Part shown: in pieces, positions 59,276-64,000 of the stretch
Numbering within the stretch: the first letter of the stretch is position 1
How the letters are laid out: the number at the start of each line of letters is the position of its first letter
Origin: Zygnema circumcarinatum SAG 698-1b
Lineage: Eukaryota > Plantae > Zygnematophyceae
Direction of reading: 5' to 3'
Assembly: GCA_037447605.1 (NCBI GenBank)
Contig: CM074817.1
Location: 1,178,001-1,242,000, forward strand
Length of the DNA: 64,000 nt
Notes under the pieces: generated by a model
Databases searched by the model: none
What the model saw: the letters and a program-made list of their open reading frames with translations, nothing else
Told to the model about the DNA's origin: nothing
Program-made: the position numbers and the translations under genes

Positions 59276-62200
59276 ATGGCGTCTGCCAGCAAGCGGAGGC
59301 GAAAGGACGAAGCCCCTGGCATTGCGGCAGGGAGCAACGATGGCGGGCGTGCTTTCTACAGAGAGCAGCTGTCTGAGGAGGGCTTGCGGAGCGGCGCTAC
59401 TCAAATTCAGAACGTTTTTAACAAAGTATTTTTTCTCCTCATAGACACTTTGCGGTTTGAATGCTGAACATAGCCCATTTACTGTGCAAGATCGTTCAAC
59501 ATGCGCAGGGAATAAACATGTTGCAAGGTGATGAAACGGCTAGCTTTTCGTGTGTATTATTGAAGGAATTCAGTTGTCGTCGAAGCTTATCCTGCTCAGA
59601 TTCGCTGGTTAGGGAGGCCTTCCATGGTGCTCGACTGAGCGCCTTCCACTTTACGATTGTTTCTTTGTGGGTGGAGATTGGAGAAAACTCTCTTTTGGAA
59701 AGGAGAATAGTTTCTTGTGTGTGGTTTTAGCCATTTTGAGATGTATTGTTGGTACCAGATAACCACGAAGCGCTCCTGGTCGTTCCGTACAAAAATGTCG
59801 CTCCCTTCTCCCCCCTCCCCTCCCCCCTTCCCTCCCTCCATTTTTTTTTTTTCATTGCCATGGAAGTACATTAGCTCTCCTGTGACTCACCTGGTTACCT
59901 AAGTCTGAGTCACCTCTTGAATGCGAGTCACTCCCGACGCCTTATGCTTAATGTACAGCTCTAGACCTGAACCTTAGGACTTTAAACACTAGGAACTACT
60001 TTCATACGATTTATTTTTGCTACTCTTAGTAATGCAATTTACGGGACGTCAGCTTTTTCATCCCTTTAGGTGGCCCCTCTGTCAAAGTTCTCCAGCCATT
60101 CTCCATACGAGTGGGTGCCGTTAATTATGCGTGGAGGTTACTCCCAAGCCACCTCTACACAGTGAGATCAAGTGCAAGACAGCGGTTTGAAAAGCTGGTC
60201 ATAACTGTTTGCTCTAACACTTATTCCTCTTTATCTCATTTCTGCTCTCCTGCAGGATGGAGGGTTTCAAAGTACCCAGAGTTTAGCGTCAGGAGAAAGT
60301 GGAGGCGATGTAGTGGCTTGTAAGCCTCAAGGTTCTATGTTTGGGAACTTCAAGGAGTCCGATTCCCCACTATCACTAAGAGCAGATACAGAACCCAATA
60401 GCGTTCCACAAAATGGTAATGGAGGACCTCAGCATTGGCCTTCAACCACTCCCATTTCTTCCCCGACGGCGCGAACAGCAGCAGTCATTATGTTGAATAA
60501 AGGGCCAACTGATGGGCCATCCCTGTCACGCGCTGAAGAGGATGGTGGTAGTGAAAGGGAGTTGCAATCAGGGAATGTCGCGGATAACAGAACTGTTTTT
60601 GAGGATTTAGGAAACGGGCATCAGAGGGAAGGGGATGCACAGGGTCTTGAAAAAGAAGCCCGTAGAAATAGTGAGGCTGGAATGTCTAGGGGATTCGGTG
60701 GATGGGTGAATGGGAGAAGATGGGATTCGTCGGATGAAGTCAAGAATGAAGCTAGTCATCATTCGCGTGACCAGGGGTATACCTATGATCAAAGTCCTCA
60801 AGGGGGGAATGGTGGATTGCGAAGTGAAAGGTGGGTTCAGGAAGATAACAGTCCTCATAAAGCAGCGAATGGTGGATTTAGTTTCAGGATTCCAGAAGGC
60901 AACCAGAACTTGCAAAACTTGCTTGGTAAGCGAGACACAGCGTCCGAGCGAACTCCACAAGGTACGGAGAGGAATCTGGAAGAGCAATTGAGAAAGACAG
61001 AGATAGAGTCGGATGGGAGAGGCGATGCTTGGGGGGGGGGGAAATAAATAGCATAAAGGGGAGGGGAGATGAGCTGTCTCTCGGAAAAATGGAGGGAAAA
61101 GATGCTTCCATGCAAAGAATGAGTCACTACTACCAAGTGAGAACGCGAATTGCAGTTCTATTCATTCTGCAGAGCAAATTGTGAGCGCTGCTGCTGCTGA
61201 GTTGACAGCTCGGATGGTTTCTATTGCGGGAGCTGAAGTGGTCTCCTGGGGGCGAGTGGCTGCAGCTTTAGGGGCATCTCCCCACCAATGGCCCTTCCAT
61301 CCTGCTAGCCAGAACACAATGTCTGCTGCAGAATCGAGCTCAATGCCTCACCCAGAAGTTGCAACTACAGTGCAGCAGCAGCAGCAGCCATTGCCAGCCG
61401 GGTCCTTCCCTAGCTACCCTCCTCCTGCAGCTTTCCTTGGTCCCAAATGCGCATTGTGGGACTGCTTGAGGCCGGCTCAAGGGGACTACTGCAGTGAGCT
61501 GCATGCAGCCATGGCTGCCACAGAAGGGGGGAATGGGAGGGCCCCTGTGGTCAGACCATGGGGGATTGAGCTCAAGGACCCTCTTTTGCTTGCTGCACTC
61601 CGAGCGAGGATTGCAGGAAAGGCAGTGGGAATTCCTGATTGTGAGAAGGCAGCTACGGCAAAAAGTCCATGGGGGGCACCAGGTAAGCCAAACGCTGATC
61701 CTTTTCAATGGAAGTTATGAATTGGGTTCCAAAAGTCTCCATTTCTGTGTTCATATGGCAGTAAATGGCATTTAATTTGACAGATATAAGGGAAAGGAAC
61801 TCCCTTTCCCTGTCTCGGTCTGCCTAGTTTCACCACCTGCAATTCTAGGGAACTTGGAAAATGTCTTTAATATGCTTGACCTGCCCTGAAGGATTGTTGT
61901 CACTTTCACTCAAGTAATGGGGAGAAGAATGTGAGTCGTAACTGTTCTGTGGAACCCCTTCAAGTCTTCCTCCTTCCAGATCACATAAAGTAACCAAGCC
62001 TCTGTCGCATGCACTCTACCTAATTCGTTGTAAAAACTCCAACCTCTGATATGTTCCCCAACTACTGATTTCCACCATACAAACTTCTTTCAAGGCATAC
62101 ATACCTCTCAGCCTGCTCCCTTTCTCCACTTCCACACTCCACTTAGCACCAAAACTTTCCCTATCAAAAAAGCGGTTGCAAAGCGTATTCCTCCCCCTCT

Positions 62201-62787
62201 GTGATGGACTACTACTTCCTATGTGAGCAGAGCTTTTCGATGTCAACATGTTGGTGGGTGAACCTCTCCGTGAGTGGCTCTTTTTCGACAAGTCTCAACC
62301 TGCGTACGGAACAGGCACTAGGAAGCAGCGCGCTCTGCCTGACTACAGCGGGAGATGGCACGACTCCTACAAGCAGCACTTCAAGGACCATGGCGGATTA
62401 AAGAGAATTTTGTACCTTGACCCGCAGCCGTCCGGCAATGTGGAGTGGCATCTCTATGAGTACGAGCTCAAGGGCTCGTCAGAGTGGGCGCTGTATCGTT
62501 TGGAGATGAAGAAACGCGATCCAACCAAAGCGGTAAGCACTGAATCAGGGACTCAAAAACGGGTTGCAGAAAGGGTGCCTGAATTAGGGTTTCGGACTCA
62601 CGTTGGTTCTGCAGGAAGTTTTAGCTTGTGTGGTTATAGACAGTGACATGTGATCTGAAACCTGCCGTGTGGTTTCTTATGTCCTTTTTGATGCAATTCT
62701 TGGCAGGTGAATAGTGTACTTATTCAGTCGTCACAAAGAGGAGGCCATAAGTCTGCTTTCACAGTCGTGAAGCCAAGACCACTATGA
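59276..62787 (+). CDS. VOZ: VOZ (one-zinc-finger, NAC-like) transcription factor homologue
   Basis: [29 protein letters not shown]; [17 protein letters not shown]; [23 protein letters not shown]; LREWLFFDK; [12 protein letters not shown]; [13 protein letters not shown]; EWHLYEYE; ALYRLEMK. Exons 59276-59425, 60256-60961, 61173-61682, ~62230-62532, 62708-62787 join in frame. Confidence 0.9.
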
Positions 62788-63410
62788 GTATGACTCAACA
62801 TGGTATTGCTGCTTGTACTTGTGGAGGTGAGAGCAATTCAAACTGTGATCCATTCACAAGTCCCATGGAAAGGCGTAGACCACTCGAAAGGCCCTGTACT
62901 GGGGGAACTAGTCGACCCAAATGGGCAAAATTAGTCGACCAAGATGAAACGTTATCTATTCCTGATGTTCAGCTTCCCTTCTGCTCGAAGAATAGGACCC
63001 GTTCTTGCAATTAGGTTCGGGGATTCTTTACTATCCTCCTAAAACTTGCAGAGAGCAAGCTTTCGACTACTTAGTTGCAGAGCTCTGAAAATGGTAGTTG
63101 CCAGGTTACATGTTGGGATTCTTGTCAAAACGTATTTTATTAAACATGGAATGTCGTCGCAAGGCCTGTCAACAAGTTGTACCTTTGTTCAAGTCTCAAA
63201 TCATGAACTGCGACTTCGAATAAACGTTTGCGAGCAATTACCCGCAATCCGCAAATAGCAATTATATTCGTCAGTCTCCTCTCCCTGCAAAAACGCCTAT
63301 TGACATATATGAAAAAAAACGCCTACGGAACAGCCTATGTGAACTGCTCAACACCTCAACTTCCAAGCTGCAGAGAATGCAGGACACTTTCCCCCTTTTC
63401 CCTTCCTTAT

Positions 63411-63515
63411 GCTTAGGTTTTTTGCGCCCAGTCCCTCGTGGTTCCCCATGCTGCTTTTGTCCATGTACATTTGATGGCATCGCCATCGTGAGATCAATGG
63501 CCACATCCCTTTTCT
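63411..63515 (-). mobile_element. ~130-bp dispersed element, copy G
   Basis: GCTTAGG..CAGTCCCTCGTGGTTCCCCATGCTGCTTTTGTCCATGTACATTTGATGGCATCGCCATCGTGAGATCAATGGCCAC. Confidence 0.82.
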
Positions 63516-63649
63516 TTTTCCGCTCTTAGCTTTTTTCTTTTGTGCTTAGGTCCTTTGCGACCAGTCCCTCGTGGTTCCACGTGTTGCTTTTGTCCATGTA
63601 CATTTTTGATGGCCTCGCCATGCGTGAGATCAATGCCATTTTCTTGTTC

Positions 63650-63650
<1 letters not shown>
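63516..63650 (-). mobile_element. ~130-bp dispersed element, copy H (tandem with G)
   Basis: TTCCGCTCTTAGCTTTTTTCTTTTGTGCTTAGGTCCTTTGCGACCAGTCCCTCGTGGTTCC..GTGAGATCAATGCCAT. Confidence 0.82.
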
Positions 63651-63686
<36 letters not shown>

Positions 63687-64000
63687 NNNNNNNNNNCCCC
63701 CCCCCCCCCCGCCCCTCCCCCCACACACCTCCCTTGTCTACTTTCCAATCTGCATTTTCATCTTCACAAAACTGGTCCCTAGAGCCTAACAACAGCCACC
63801 ATCGCTGGCACGCTCTCCACACCGTCCGACCGTCGGCTTTTTGCCGGCCGGTGGCGACGCAATCTGCCGGCCGTCATGCCGGCCGGCAGTCGCCGACAGT
63901 CCCGCGACATCCATAAGAAATGCCGTCGTACGGTTTGCGGGTCTCGCGCGACTGTCAGTTACTGAATCGGTTACTGCCGGTTCCCTATCGCCGAATTTCG

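Overview
Intron-rich eukaryotic nuclear DNA from a streptophyte plant lineage, probably a zygnematophycean alga such as Closterium. That assignment is inferred from gene content and cannot be proven here. No CRISPR array or prokaryotic operon is present. Protein genes rebuilt by hand from GT-AG exons: a large, apparently secreted LRR-EGF-papain protease-EGF-LysM protein (5' end outside the window), a ZIFL-like MFS transporter, a UCH deubiquitinase, a WOX13-clade homeobox, a Sep15-like thioredoxin-fold protein, a Pro/Gly/Tyr-rich LURP-one protein, LMW-PTP, UBA1, DPM2, an unidentified 4-TM protein with a possible MAN1-type winged helix, ClpT, and a VOZ-like transcription factor. Non-coding content: two intact tRNA-Ala genes and one fragment; two 5S rRNA copies facing away from each other in a 1.3-kb palindrome; a ~5-kb tandem duplication whose two copies decayed reciprocally; eight copies of a ~130-bp dispersed element, one with a visible empty site; two palindromic minisatellite arrays; and interstitial TTAGGG repeats. 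The best candidates for undescribed biology are (1) the LRR/LysM-armed papain protease lacking a propeptide, (2) the 5S-bearing foldback structure and (3) the ~130-bp mobile element. All exon boundaries and homology calls were made by eye and need database and RNA-seq confirmation.
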